Part shown: piece by piece, positions 1 to 18,900 of the stretch
Layout of the letters: every line of letters starts with the position of its first letter
Position numbering within the stretch: position 1 is the first letter of the stretch
The notes under the pieces: model-generated
The model's database searches: none
The model's input: only the letters and a program-made list of their open reading frames with translations
What the model was told of the DNA's origin: nothing
Assembly (NCBI RefSeq): GCF_008831285.2
Contig: NC_045138.2
Coordinates: 21,576,001-21,640,000 of the forward strand
Reading direction: 5' to 3'
DNA from: Nymphaea colorata
Taxonomy: Eukaryota
DNA: 64,000 bases
Program-made: the position numbers and the translations under genes

Positions 1-262
1 TTATATTTGCTACAGAGTGCAGCATAACAAGCGTAACTAATATTCTCTCAAAACACATGCATGCAAATATAAGTGCACGCTTAGTAGTCAGAAGGGCTAT
101 GCAGGCCGAAGGGGTGGCCCTCCAAAAAGGCAAGGCCTAGGTGGGCCAAAAAACAGTGTATGAAAGGAAAATGGTAAGGAAGAAGAGAAAAGGAGAAGAA
201 AAACAAGAAGAAAGAGAAAAAAGAACAAAAAAGGTAAACGTAGCAAAACAAAAGAAAAGAGA

Positions 263-380
263 AACTGATGATTTAACTTTGATATTTCATTGCATGCTAT
301 TAGAATTTGTTTAATTGTTTAGTAACTGATGATTTAACTTTGATATTTCATTGCATGCTATTAGAATTTGTTTATATTGC
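263..380. repeat. Tandem duplication, period 61 bp
   Basis: AACTGATGATTTAACTTTGATATTTCATTGCATGCTATTAGAATTTGTTTA at 263 and 324. Confidence 0.92.
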
Positions 381-1266
381 TTTGCTCGTTTACTATAGAA
401 AGCAGCTCATCTCTAGTTTAGTGCCGCTATAGCTTCTAGTTATTTCACACTTGATATTATTAGATTACTTACTGCCTTAGAATAATTTAACTAGTGTTCT
501 AGTTCAGTTTCAGATTCACTTCACTTGCATTAGAAGGACAAGGCAATGCCTTGGCCAAAAACAATATATGGAGCGAAAACAGACGAGAATGAAGAATAGG
601 AGAACAAGAAAACCAAGAAAAAAAGAAGCAAAGAAAAAGACCAGAAGGATAAAGGAATGAGAAAAGGTAAAAAATAGAAGAAACAAAATTGGAGAAAACA
701 TCTCCTTTGTGTTAAGGCGCCTAGGTGGCCCAGCCTACTTGAAAACTTGGGCACCTAGGACCTAGGCAGGCAATGCACCGCACTTTGGAGTACCAAGCAT
801 GCATATACTAAATAGATAGGCGTCCTGTGATGGTTCAATTCATTTACTGAAATACTTGTTTTAGGCGAAAGTGCTTCAATATATAGTGGTTATTTATGAG
901 TTTTCATTTACTTGTTATAACAACAGAACAGCATAAAAGCATCAAGAAAAACATAAAAATGATGCCAGTACAAAGACCCATGGTAACAAGTGCGGAAAAC
1001 TAGGTAAGTTAAGCATGTAATATAGATTGATTTGATCCCAGCTTAAATTGCAGATAAATCCTTTTTACAAAAGGTAAGCTCACAAAAAAAGCAATATATG
1101 CAACCCATATGAACTGAAGAATTAGCATGCCAACCCCAAAAGTATCACCAAATTCTGCAGCAATACCTTCATAACAAAAAGCTAGAGAAATAATATGAAG
1201 CAATTTTTGTTTCACAATAAGGATCCTCAAAATTTATGGAATAGCAGGTAACAGCAAACTAATTAC

Positions 1267-7610
<6,344 letters not shown>

Positions 7611-8261
7611 CCCTCCCTCCCTCCCTCACTCTCTCTCTCTCTGCCTCCAAAACGCGCCAAGACTACCGATTGTTGCTCAACATGACCAAAAGTTCAACTT
7701 TCTTCACCGCCTCTTGCTAATCATTTCCACCACTAGCAATGGAAACCATGCTTAGATTCAATTGTGGAGGAGAGAGGAAGGTGGAGAAGAGAAGAGGAAT
7801 CACAAAAACAGCGTGCCCTTGATTTATTTCCTAATGGCGTTAATCCATGCCAATCGTTAGTACTTACTACAGTAAGAACGGTAACAAGGAAAGAGGGGGA
7901 AATAAAGGATAGGTAGATCTCGACACGAGCCTTTTTATTTTAAGTGCAGCTGTACTCAGAGTTTTTTGCTGCACAACCAACCAACCGAAAAGGCTTCCCC
8001 CTCCCCCTCTCTCCGCCCTTCTCTTTCTCTTCGTCTTTTCTACTTTCTTTTTTCGCCTATCCGTTGCTGGTGGTGTTGCTGCTGCTTGCTCTTCCTTGTG
8101 AGATCGATTCGGAGGAAAGAAATGGAATCACCACAATAAAGGAAGTCCAGTTTTGCTGGAATCGTCGTCGTTTTCTACAGAGGAAGAACGAAGGAGAGAG
8201 AGGAGGTGGGGATGGAGAGATAAATGAGAGTCAGAGAGTGGGGACGACGCTCTCTCCTCTC

Positions 8262-8293
<32 letters not shown>

Positions 8294-9898
8294 CTCTGCT
8301 CAATCGAAGACACCTTCCGGGAAACAGAAGCAAGGAATAAATATTACAGAAAAGACTGTCGTCTTATTCCCCTTTCTTCTTCCTGTGCGTTACTGCGGTT
8401 TGGTCTTTACTTCGCCGCTTCCCTGATGCTCAGATCTCCCCCCTTCAACACTGTGGAAAATTTCGATCTCAAACCCATACTTTAGTCATAATTTTCGAAA
8501 AGGCCTTGCGTCTGACGTTGAGTTCACGTTTTAATGCAAGAAATAATGCTAAAAATCACGGTAAAGACTGTAAGAAACAAACAAGAAAATCACAGCATGA
8601 TAAGCTTTTCATGTTCTTTTCTACTTAGTTAAGAGATGGTGTGGTCTGGCTTTTTTAAGTACTCAGGTTCGAAAAAGGTCTTAAAGTATATTCTATAAAA
8701 ATTTATGGAAACAGGCACATGACATTTTTTAGGGACGATAGAATAAAACACTCACCCTCAAAAATAAATAAATAAGCCATTCGTAGAGCCATGATATTTT
8801 TGGTTGAGAAATCTAATGTGTGTCTCACATGTGATTAGATCTAAGTCCTGCCTCAATTTTGATGAGATTTTAGAATGTCCGATATAATCAACGGCGTACA
8901 CCAACCCCTATGTAGCTCTGTGGCTAACCTTAATCTTAATTTTGAATAACAAGAGATCATTTTTTTGTCATTTTTATTATTAACCTGCACTAATTATGAT
9001 CAATCTTGTGGTATGTTTGAGTGAGGAATCATATGAGGCACCTGAATCACGAGATAAATTGTAAATCTTTTATTTTTTTTTTTTAAAAAAACTTAGATGT
9101 GAAGTTTTTGCTCCTTAACATGGATTTGTAAATCCACTGTGTGTGTCTCATAAACTTGCATATTTTAAATCAAATTTGAGGTTATTAATATAATAAGCGA
9201 TGAAAAAAACTGGCATTTTAAAAAATACCAAAACAAATTTTCAAATAATGAAGCAATTTTACAAATGTGTCAAATGCTGAGCACCTTTTATTAACTTTTT
9301 AAAATATAGTTTGAGCTTTTTTCAGTAAAAGTAAAAGTGTCACAGGAAGATTAGAAATATGACTATGTAAGGCAGGTCCTTGAAATATGTAAAAGAATAG
9401 GGAGCCGGGACTTCGGTTCTTTTCTTCCTCCACGTTCCTCAATCCAGCGGTGAAAGTTTTCACTTTTTTGCCATCCACCGACCCGAGGGGGTGCCGACGC
9501 CTTGACGGGTCGGACCATCGTCGATATTGTGTGGTCCGGACTCGGATTTGGTCTGGACAAGGTGAGAAATCCTGTCTGAATTTAGTCAAATTTTGCCTAG
9601 GGAGGTAAAAGAATCGCGATGTGGTTCGATTCTGCCTTATTCAAATCCAAATCCAGGGCACCAATTACTAAGTCTCAATTTCAAATTTGAGTATCAAAAC
9701 ATCAAGTAAACTCAAACCAAATCCGAATCTAAAAACCTGATATTATGAGAAAAGATGAAAAACTTTATTTTTCCAGCTTTTTCGGGTGAATGAGAGGATT
9801 ATCCACTGCTGGGCAAGAGTCAAAGCTTATTTTCTTCTTGCCCTTGAAAGTCTAGAATTTCGTTGGTACCAAGTAGTGAGACCTTTATGTATTTCAAC

Positions 9899-10226
9899 CC
9901 TAGTCACAAATAAAGTCTTGGAGTTTTAAATTGCGAATTTTTTTATGTTATAATACAGTGAACTTGAAAAAAATGAGAAAAATACGGAATTTTTTTTTAA
10001 AATTTTGAAAACTAAAAATAAAAAAAACTAAAAAACTAATAATACAAACATCAAAAGATAAGTAGATTTACAACAACTAAAAATAAAAAATGAAAAAAAA
10101 AATGTTTGACATTAAAAAACTAAAAAAACGAGAAAAAATGCATTAAAAACACATTTTTTTCAATTTTATTTTTTTTCAAAAAAATGCATTTTTTTAGTTT
10201 TAAACGATGTGTTTTTTGTGACTATG
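9899..10226. mobile_element. hAT-type MITE (CATAGTCACAAA family), A/T-tract rich
   Basis: CCTAGTCACAAA...TTTGTGACTATG; perfect 8-bp TSD ATTTCAAC. Confidence 0.88.
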
Positions 10227-13200
10227 ATTTCAACTTACTCGTATGCCCACCCTCTCATGGTGCAGAAGCAAGGGCAGATATACGTAGGGTTTTCAGGGGG
10301 CGTATGCCCCAAGAATGTGAAACCTTAAATTTACTGTTGGATTTGAGTGAAACCTGAGTCCTGTAATATAGGCAGCTCTACAAGATCCGTGTCACTGCTC
10401 CAAAATCAATTGAAAATTTGTTAACTATATATTTAAGTGATTCCACTCCTAATTCCACTCCTATGCAAAAGCATAACCATCCTGAGTCTCGAACTGGAGA
10501 CACGCCTCCAACATGCCTCAGTCCGCCCCCTTAAGCTAATGCTGAAAAACTTCACATCAAATTTTGGATGCGAACCGACCTAGACCTGATTTCAAGAGAT
10601 GACCCGAACCAGTTTCAAGTATATTGAGAAGATATTCTCCCCATGATTCGAATATTGTTCATAGTTTATTCTGATGATTCGAATCTTGGGTCAGGTGCAC
10701 TTGATAAATTAATGTTCATTTTGTTATAAGTCAGTTTAAAATACATCCTAAATCAAACCAGCAATTACATTATTGACTATTTTTCTAAACCAAAACCAAT
10801 CGTTTCTTGAACAGTTCGATGCATCTATCGTCCTCTTAATTGCAGTCCACATCACCTTCCACTCCAGCTTAGACTAAAGCTGAATAATTGGCAAAAAGAC
10901 ACTTTCACCATTACATACTTTTCAATAAATAAAATTATCGGTTCTTTATGAAACTGACACATGGATCCGATTTCTATAGTAAAAAATTTACAAGTGATAC
11001 ATTTAAGAAACATGGTCTTCAGATTGATTGCTTCTTGTTAGGTCTCCCAACATGGAAATTACATTCATCCAATTAGTTTTTACAAAAAGAGACTCATATA
11101 AACTTGTTAAGGCAATCTTACTTACCATCTCGATAGCTCCTTAACTTTAATTTATGAATCCAAACATGGATCCGTCTCCATCTGTAGAACTAAAACACTG
11201 ACTGGTATGATCTCCAAATATCCAAAATTGGCGATTATAATGGAAAAATATTTTTTGAGCATGAGAACATGATCTTGAAGTCAGGATACTGTAAGAAAAG
11301 TTAAAAAAAGGCTATCCAATCAAATGGAATGAAATTGATACCACATTAAGTTTGATTTTTGTTCTTATTAAATAGCGTCACTTTCACCCTCTGCTTTACA
11401 AAAAAAAAAAAAAAATGTAAGGACAACGTTTTATTGTATATAAAATGCAGACGAGTGGTGCAAGCGACGGCAGCCCCCTTAGTGGGATAATCTTCAGATC
11501 AAAGATCGGATTTGGATCGGATTTACTCTTTACTAGATTCGATTAATGAGCAGACCCTTTCTAATTAAAAGGACATAGATGGCATTTTTTTTTTCAAAAA
11601 TTTTATCACTGATTTACATAGTTTTAATAAATTTTATTTTCCATAAAAATATCATTCTAATCTTGTTCTTGAACCACGAACCTTTGAGATCCTATTTCAG
11701 TTCAGCTAAGAATCTTAAATCTTCTGGCCCATTAATAGCTGAAGGGCACTCAGAAATCTTAAGTTAGAGAGTTCGAACAAGTTGTGTGTTATGAAGAGCC
11801 ATGAAAGTAACCTTCCCTCTTGCCTCCTCCAGACGTGTCCCTAAGGACAAGGTTCCTTTCACGCCTCTTCATAACATACAAGTCCCTTTCTAAACAAAAT
11901 TACTTGAAGAACCAATATCTAAATAAATAAATTTATGTTATTCTGTGTGGGCAACTGCCCACATAAGCAAAGGTGAAGCCAGGGCCTTGGCACCTCAATT
12001 TTTTTTTTTAAATTTACATGTAAATTTTAGAAAATTTTATTTGTCTTATATTTGAAAAGTAATATTTTCACTCATGTCAAAATTTAAAAACTTTAATGTG
12101 ACTCTCTTCTGATTCCAACCTTGCACCCCGCTATCCGCCTCTTGCAGCAACAGTGCAAGGAATCTTAGACCCAAAACTGATCTGAAATCCACATTTTGTC
12201 TGACAGTGGACTTTTACCTATGGATTTCAAATTTTCAATGGGCAAATTTGAGGTCTGGCCGTTTGGCAATAAAGAACTCTATGAATTTCCTACCAATCTG
12301 CATTAAAAATTTTAATTAGTGTTTTATGAATTTGATCATTCATTGGGACAGAGATGCATACGCATGAAACAGTCACAAGGTGTTGACACCGCCAAACAAA
12401 CCCCCATGATCATCACCTCTGAACTAAGACGAAGTAAACAAACAGGTCCTAAACACATCAGCTCTACCGGATGATTCAGGATTGCACTGGCTGAGATTTA
12501 AATAATCTGATAATAATAATTGTTTTTGTCTGAAATGTCAGAACGATTTAAAATTGCCAATAGCGAGGACCTGCTGAAACAGCATCTCCTTAAGGCTCTT
12601 GGGAAGAAATTGATCGTCGACAAGCCGTTTTCTGGCTGATTTAGATTCAAAAGCCGATTTTAAGAACAATGGTAGCAGGGGCGACACCGAATGGGGACAC
12701 AGGCCTCCCAAATTTTCACAAACTTCAGAATTCCATTGAATATTTTGAAAATAATTCTTGTCCTTCCATTAATTGAGATCTGCAGAAAAGGTACGACGAG
12801 CCTTTTCCTAAAATTTGCAAAGAATAGAACGAACCCCATCATTTTTTGATCCGCCAATTTGGTCTGAAGTCGATTTTAGCAAGACGGACGGTAGCTATGG
12901 CCGATCTGAACGACGGAATGTCCGCTCCATTGATGTCGAATCACTCATTGGGAAAGAGGGCTCTGTCCTCCGAGCACGAAAGAACGGGAGAGAAAACGAC
13001 GCGCTGCGTGCTGCCGATGAAGGGATCGTAGACGAGGAGGAGAAGGAAGAAGCGGCGGCGGGGATGCAGGCAGCAGACGGCCGCCGCATTGGGCGGCGCT
13101 AGTGATGCAGAACGGAGATAGCGCCGAGAAACAACGAGAGCAATAACGGCGGCAGCACGAAAAGTCATGGATTCATACGTCAATGATTCCCACCGCGTTT

Positions 13201-15949
13201 TCTTCGTGGGGTCCCTCTTAACAGCCTAAAATCAAGAAAATTGGCAACCGGGTCGGGTTTCATTCTGGGTCCATATCATATAAAGAAAATGGTACCCGAT
13301 TGTTCGTGCTGGATTTTGAGTCTGGAAACCAGATAATAATGTGACCCGCTTGCCCGATTTCACACGTAAAGATAACACACTCAGGTCTATCGACTTGGTT
13401 TCAAACATCAGACCTGGATTTGAATCTAAACCTAAATCCAATTGCGTTGGATCCAAAACGGTCTCAGGCACTATAAACCTAACCCGGAGGCATCCTGACT
13501 ATGGAGCTTATCTGAATTTGAGCTAAGTTGAAGGTTGTGCAAGAATCAAAGCAACGTTGTCCTACCGGTACGGTAGGTGAAACTTTATTTTTGGAAAACG
13601 ATACGAACAGTCAGTCCGTATCGGCCCCACTGAATGACTTTTCTTTTTACATTTAAAAATAAGTAAAAATTGGTATAAAACAATTGATAATTCCAAATAA
13701 GGAAGATAAATGTCGAGATTCATATTGAAACCCGAGCAAGTTATTTTATGGATTGAAAATAACCAAAATGCTCTTAACAGTTAAATGAAAGTATCTACCT
13801 CTATAAGGGTGAGAATAAATTTTTTTAAAAAAAAACTGTAAAATTACTAAAATTTTAACTCATACCACTTTTGCCCTTTATAATGGGGTCTTCCACTTGC
13901 TAGCAGAGGCATTGTGATCATTTATGGCCCATGGTACATTAGTCGCTTGTTATGGGCCATATAACCTACCCAGTTAAATGTGGTCAAAATATCACTTAAA
14001 TCGAATAGGGGCCCCCTTTTCTTGCATAGAAAATAAAATATTCTTCAGGAAAATTTAAATTTCATGTTTTATGACATAATAAGTTTAAGTTGACATTTCT
14101 TTTGACAATTTCACCACAAGTGAGGCCTATATCAGGAAAATAAGAAACTTCACGCATGTATTTGAGATTATAGCCACAACTTATGCCTCGATACGAAAAT
14201 TGCATATAACATTGCCAAAACAAAATAACTATTTTCCAGATTCGGACTCCTCTGGTAAGTTTTGCGGTTGAGTACAACGGTCATTTATGGCCTGTTCTTG
14301 AAAAGTTGAGGACTCGTGCCCTGACTTTGTAAAGAACTTCTCAACATTGTGAACCAGTACCAGAAGGCATGCACTCGCAAGGTGAAGCACACATTCCAAT
14401 ATATGTTTCATGTCCAATATATGTTTCATGTCCAGTGTACATAATATGCCCACCTTGATCCAAAGCCAATAACACAATTCTCCTCTTTTTCAACACTAAG
14501 GCTGGGCATTGGGTCAGGCCAAGCCGGCCCAAGGCTCGACAAAGTCAAGCTTGGGTTGATCTGAAGCACTCACTGACTAACCAAGCCCAACCTACTTAGT
14601 TACCAAGCAAGACCCCACCGTTAACTTTATGCCCATCAGGTACCCTTTTAATATCCACTCATACCAAAAACCCTTAATATTTCATATTTTAATATTTCAA
14701 AAATCCTTAACGATGTGCCAAAAATTTATAAGGTGTCATGAATAACACATGAAACCCTTAACTGTCAAAAATTTATAAGGTGTCATGAATAGCACAAGAA
14801 GAGTTTCTAAGGATGTCATGGCAATGCACCAAAAGTTTCTAATTAAGTTGATTGCTATATATATTGATTGCTATATATATATATATAAGTCAAACACTCA
14901 ATACCGACCCAACCAATTTTTTTAATTGGGTCAACCTAAGTATCAAATAACCAGTCCAGGCTCGAACTATGTTTTCAATAGTCATTTTTAAAACAAACTG
15001 TGCCTTTCAAATTTATACTCAAATCAATTTGAAGTAACAATATATTTGCCATTTGTTTACTTGGGAAAGAGATAATATTAGTCTGTACCCAAGGGATGAT
15101 TCTGCTGTGTCAGGAGGAAGGGAAGAAAAAACTTGGAAAGATCACATAAGAGAAGGATGAAATTGGAATTTGATGAATGAGATATTATGAAAGAAAAGCC
15201 ATCTAACAAACCCATGAAACTCTCATGTACCGGATAAGTTCCGAAATTTAGCAATGTACCCATGAAAGCATGGCAGATGTTCACAAGACATTTTTTCCCC
15301 ATGAACAATGTCCTACAAAATAATGAAAGATGCTATTCAAATCGAAGAATAGAAGAACCACCAACAACACGCAGGTGCAGGCGGGGCTGAGAAGGATGAG
15401 TAGGATCAGTCAGACTAGTCCATCCAATCACATATTTTGATATTTTAAGAAAAAACCTAATTACTTAGATGTGGCTCTTCATGCCTAGACATAAAAATCA
15501 AAATTTTTGACATACAGAATGATTTTTATAAGTGAAACCAAAGTTTACCATTGATTATTAAACCTTTATAAAATCTTACCCACTTAAAAAAATGCCAGCT
15601 TATATAGATTAACAAGTTTTTAGTTCTGAAGATCACATTATACATATATATCAGACCAATGAATCCATCTTTTTAATATGCATGTACGTAGTTGACTGCA
15701 CTGCCATCGTCGACATTAGAATTTGGTGACAGAGGCAGAAACAGAACCATACCCCGGTGACTGGGGTGTGCCATACTCCTTAAAGAGTCCATATTAATTT
15801 ATTAAAAATTTAATTTCCATTCTCCGTATCTTACCTCGTCTTATCTATTTTCCTTACATGTGGGAACAACGAAATACACAAGGCCAGAACTAAAATATTA
15901 TGAAGATAGACAATTAAGAAAAGCAACCAGACAGACAAAAGATGTATAA

Positions 15950-18900
15950 TTATGGTAAATTTACTCCTCGTGTAGGACGGCATATATGGTTTCTTTTTCT
16001 CGCATGTTCTGCATTATGATGTTGAGTACGGCAAACCCAGCCATACCAGCAATCTTCTCTTATAGATGCATCCACTGGGAGAGCCTAAAAATACACACAA
16101 GCTAGTGAATATTCAGAATACATGATCTGAAGAGTCAGAGTTCAGGAAGCAAAAAGAAAAAAAGTTCCTCACGTTAGAGCAAGAAACTAAACAGAAAGAA
16201 ACGAACTTTGAACATATAATATGAAACATTAGTTGTGGGCAGTACTGCAGCAGAAAAAGTTCAAGAAAATGGACAAAAACTGAAACAGCATCTGCATGAC
16301 AACCTGTGGGACACATTTTGTAGGTATTAACAGCGTAAGTCCTAGAGGGCCATTGCTTGGTGCAACGGTATGCTGAGAGATCAGCCTTCATGTATGGGCT
16401 TAGGAAAATCGGTTACTCTCAAAACTAAACCTCAAAGAACTACCTGTAAAGATCAACATATAGTTTTAAATATATATTAAAGTAGTGGAAAATCTCCTTC
16501 AATGAAGACAGTTACCCAATGGCACAAGTAAAATATAGATAAAAATCTATATTCATTAATTTCTCACACCAATAACTTCACAAAACAACACTCATAAATC
16601 ATAATAGAAATGAAAGAGAGAAATTGTGCTCCAAGGTGCAAACAATATAAAATGAGCTCACAAACAACTTTAAAGAAGCTTACAGAATATGGGACAAACT
16701 CGTCCCCTAAATAAAGCTGAGAAAGAGACGATGGTGTCTCCAACATCTAGCCATTGGAGAGTATAAAGGCTCTCTCAACAGAGCAAACAAAATACTGAAA
16801 ACAAAATAATAAAATACAGGAAGTAACAAAAGAAAATACAATATTGGTTATAATTCTTAAAACCCTCCCTCAAACTTATGTTGAAATCACCAAAAAATTG
16901 CTAGGAGGAAAAAAAATTGAGGACCCCCAAGCCTTTGGGTGAAGAAATTCGCTTTCACTAGAATTCTTATGTAACATACGGTAACCTAAGTCACAGATAC
17001 AGGTACAGATGTCCTTTTTTTTTTCGGAGGGTTGGGGGGGGGAAGACAATTTCATAAATTGGGGATATGGGACAATTCTAACTATCAACCAAAAAAAAAG
17101 ACCTTCAATCAATTTCAGGCAGGTCAAACACCAATACAGCTTAACAGGAAAAAGGTGCAAAAGCAATATGAAGCGTAGACTAATATAAAGGGAGAGAAAG
17201 ATTACTTGTTTGGGAATTGAAAGACGGAAGCAATGTAGAAGATGTGCAACAACCTTGTTGCAACAATGGCTGCATAGCACAGAATCTCTCAGTGGAAGAA
17301 ATAGACAAATAAGTCCAAAGACTATAAAGCAATCAATTCTACATCTCGCAAAGATGGAACAGAACATAAACTTTCTCATAATTCCATGACTGGGACTGTT
17401 AAAGATACAAAAAAAGGGGTTTTCTGAAATATTAGGAAGTTAGGGAAGGTCTCTTTAAATGTTTTGTTACTTTTAGTGGACTTCTCTTGTAATTTTCCCT
17501 AACCCTAATCTCTTAATAGAGATTAGGGTCACGTAATGCTAGACAACTTTTTGCTGCCTCTCTCTCTCTCTCGTAACATGGTATCAGAGCGGGTGTGGGC
17601 GTCGACGGCAGAGTGCACTTTCCGGTGACCTTCTCCGGCGATCACCATCTTCTCCGACGAACAGCCAAGTGAGTTCGTTCCTTTTTTTTTTTTCTCTCGT
17701 TCTCTCCCTTGTCACCGCTACTCCTTATTCCCTCTTATCACCCAATAAGGAGACAGTGAGGGAATAGGGGTTGGGCGTGCCGTGAGAAGGAGGACCTGAT
17801 CACGCCTATGTGGAAGGCGTGATCAGATCCTCATATTGGTCGTATGAAGAGACTATTGTGGATGCAGCGTGACGTGTGACGCTGTGGTTTGTGATGATCG
17901 TAAATACAGTTTCGGTAAAGTCAAGCTGCGTGAGGTGTTGTGGATGCTTTGTGGAGTCTATGTGCTGCTTATAAATTCAGGTTTTTGAATATGATCAGAT
18001 TTTTTCTATAGATCGTGGATACAAATTCAGTAAAGAAAGGCTGCGTGAGGACTGTTGCTGATCCTTAGTACAAGTTTTTGTTTGATTTCGTGGATTTCTT
18101 TGACACGTGGACAGGAAGTTTTATGAGAACTAGCTGCTGTTATAAGTGGCAGCAGTCTTCAGTCGTTGGGAGTTCATTCTTGTTTTTGTCATCGGCTAAA
18201 TCAGATCTGAAGTGACAGTAATTTCCTAGCCCTCCTTCTTTAAACGTTTGCGTCAATCTGGTCTTCTTTATTTACTATGGCTGAAAACAGTAAATCTGAA
18301 GGGTCTACTAACTACAAGATGGCTGGGAATTCATTCTCTTATGGAACCACGATGAAACTTAATGGCTCAAATTATGAAATATGGTCTAGGGTATTCATAA
18401 TGTCGGTGGCTGGTCATAGGAAGAAATATATTTTTGAGGAGGATGAACCTATTGAGAAAAAAGGAATATATGCTGCGTGGGATGAAGATAATTATATTGT
18501 TATGTCTTGGATTATGAATAGTGTGGAGTCTCATATAGCCCCAACTATTGCATATTATACCAAGGCCAAGGATATGTGGTCTTTCTTGAGAAAGACATAC
18601 TCGCATGCCACTAATGTAATTAAGATCCTACAACTAGAAGAGGAGTTATGCAACATTCGACAAGGGGATCAGGACCTATCTCAATATTTTGCTACTTTGA
18701 CTGCTGCATATGAACGGTTAAAGGCTCTTCGCCCACCTTGCCAGCATTGTTATGCATCACACGTTGAGACTGGTATGGTGGCAAAGTTCTTATCTGGCCT
18801 ATCTTCAGAATACTCTGTGGCAAAGTCTCAAATTCTAACAGGCAGTGAACTTCCAGATTTAGCAGACACGTATAATAGGCTGAGTCGCTTTGCAGTCACT

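Noticed and set aside
7944..8426. 160-aa plus-strand ORF
   Set aside because: Starts at GTG, low complexity, spans CT/GA microsatellites in the NIPA upstream region; no recognisable motif.
13230..14970. GGGTCGGG/GACCCG-rich and GGCCCAAG-rich patches suggesting more DNA-transposon relics
   Set aside because: No TIR pair or TSD could be established, so boundaries cannot be supported.
16876..17379. 167-aa minus-strand ORF as a stand-alone gene
   Set aside because: Only 17206-17269 is coding (CHFR exon 14); the rest is intron read-through.
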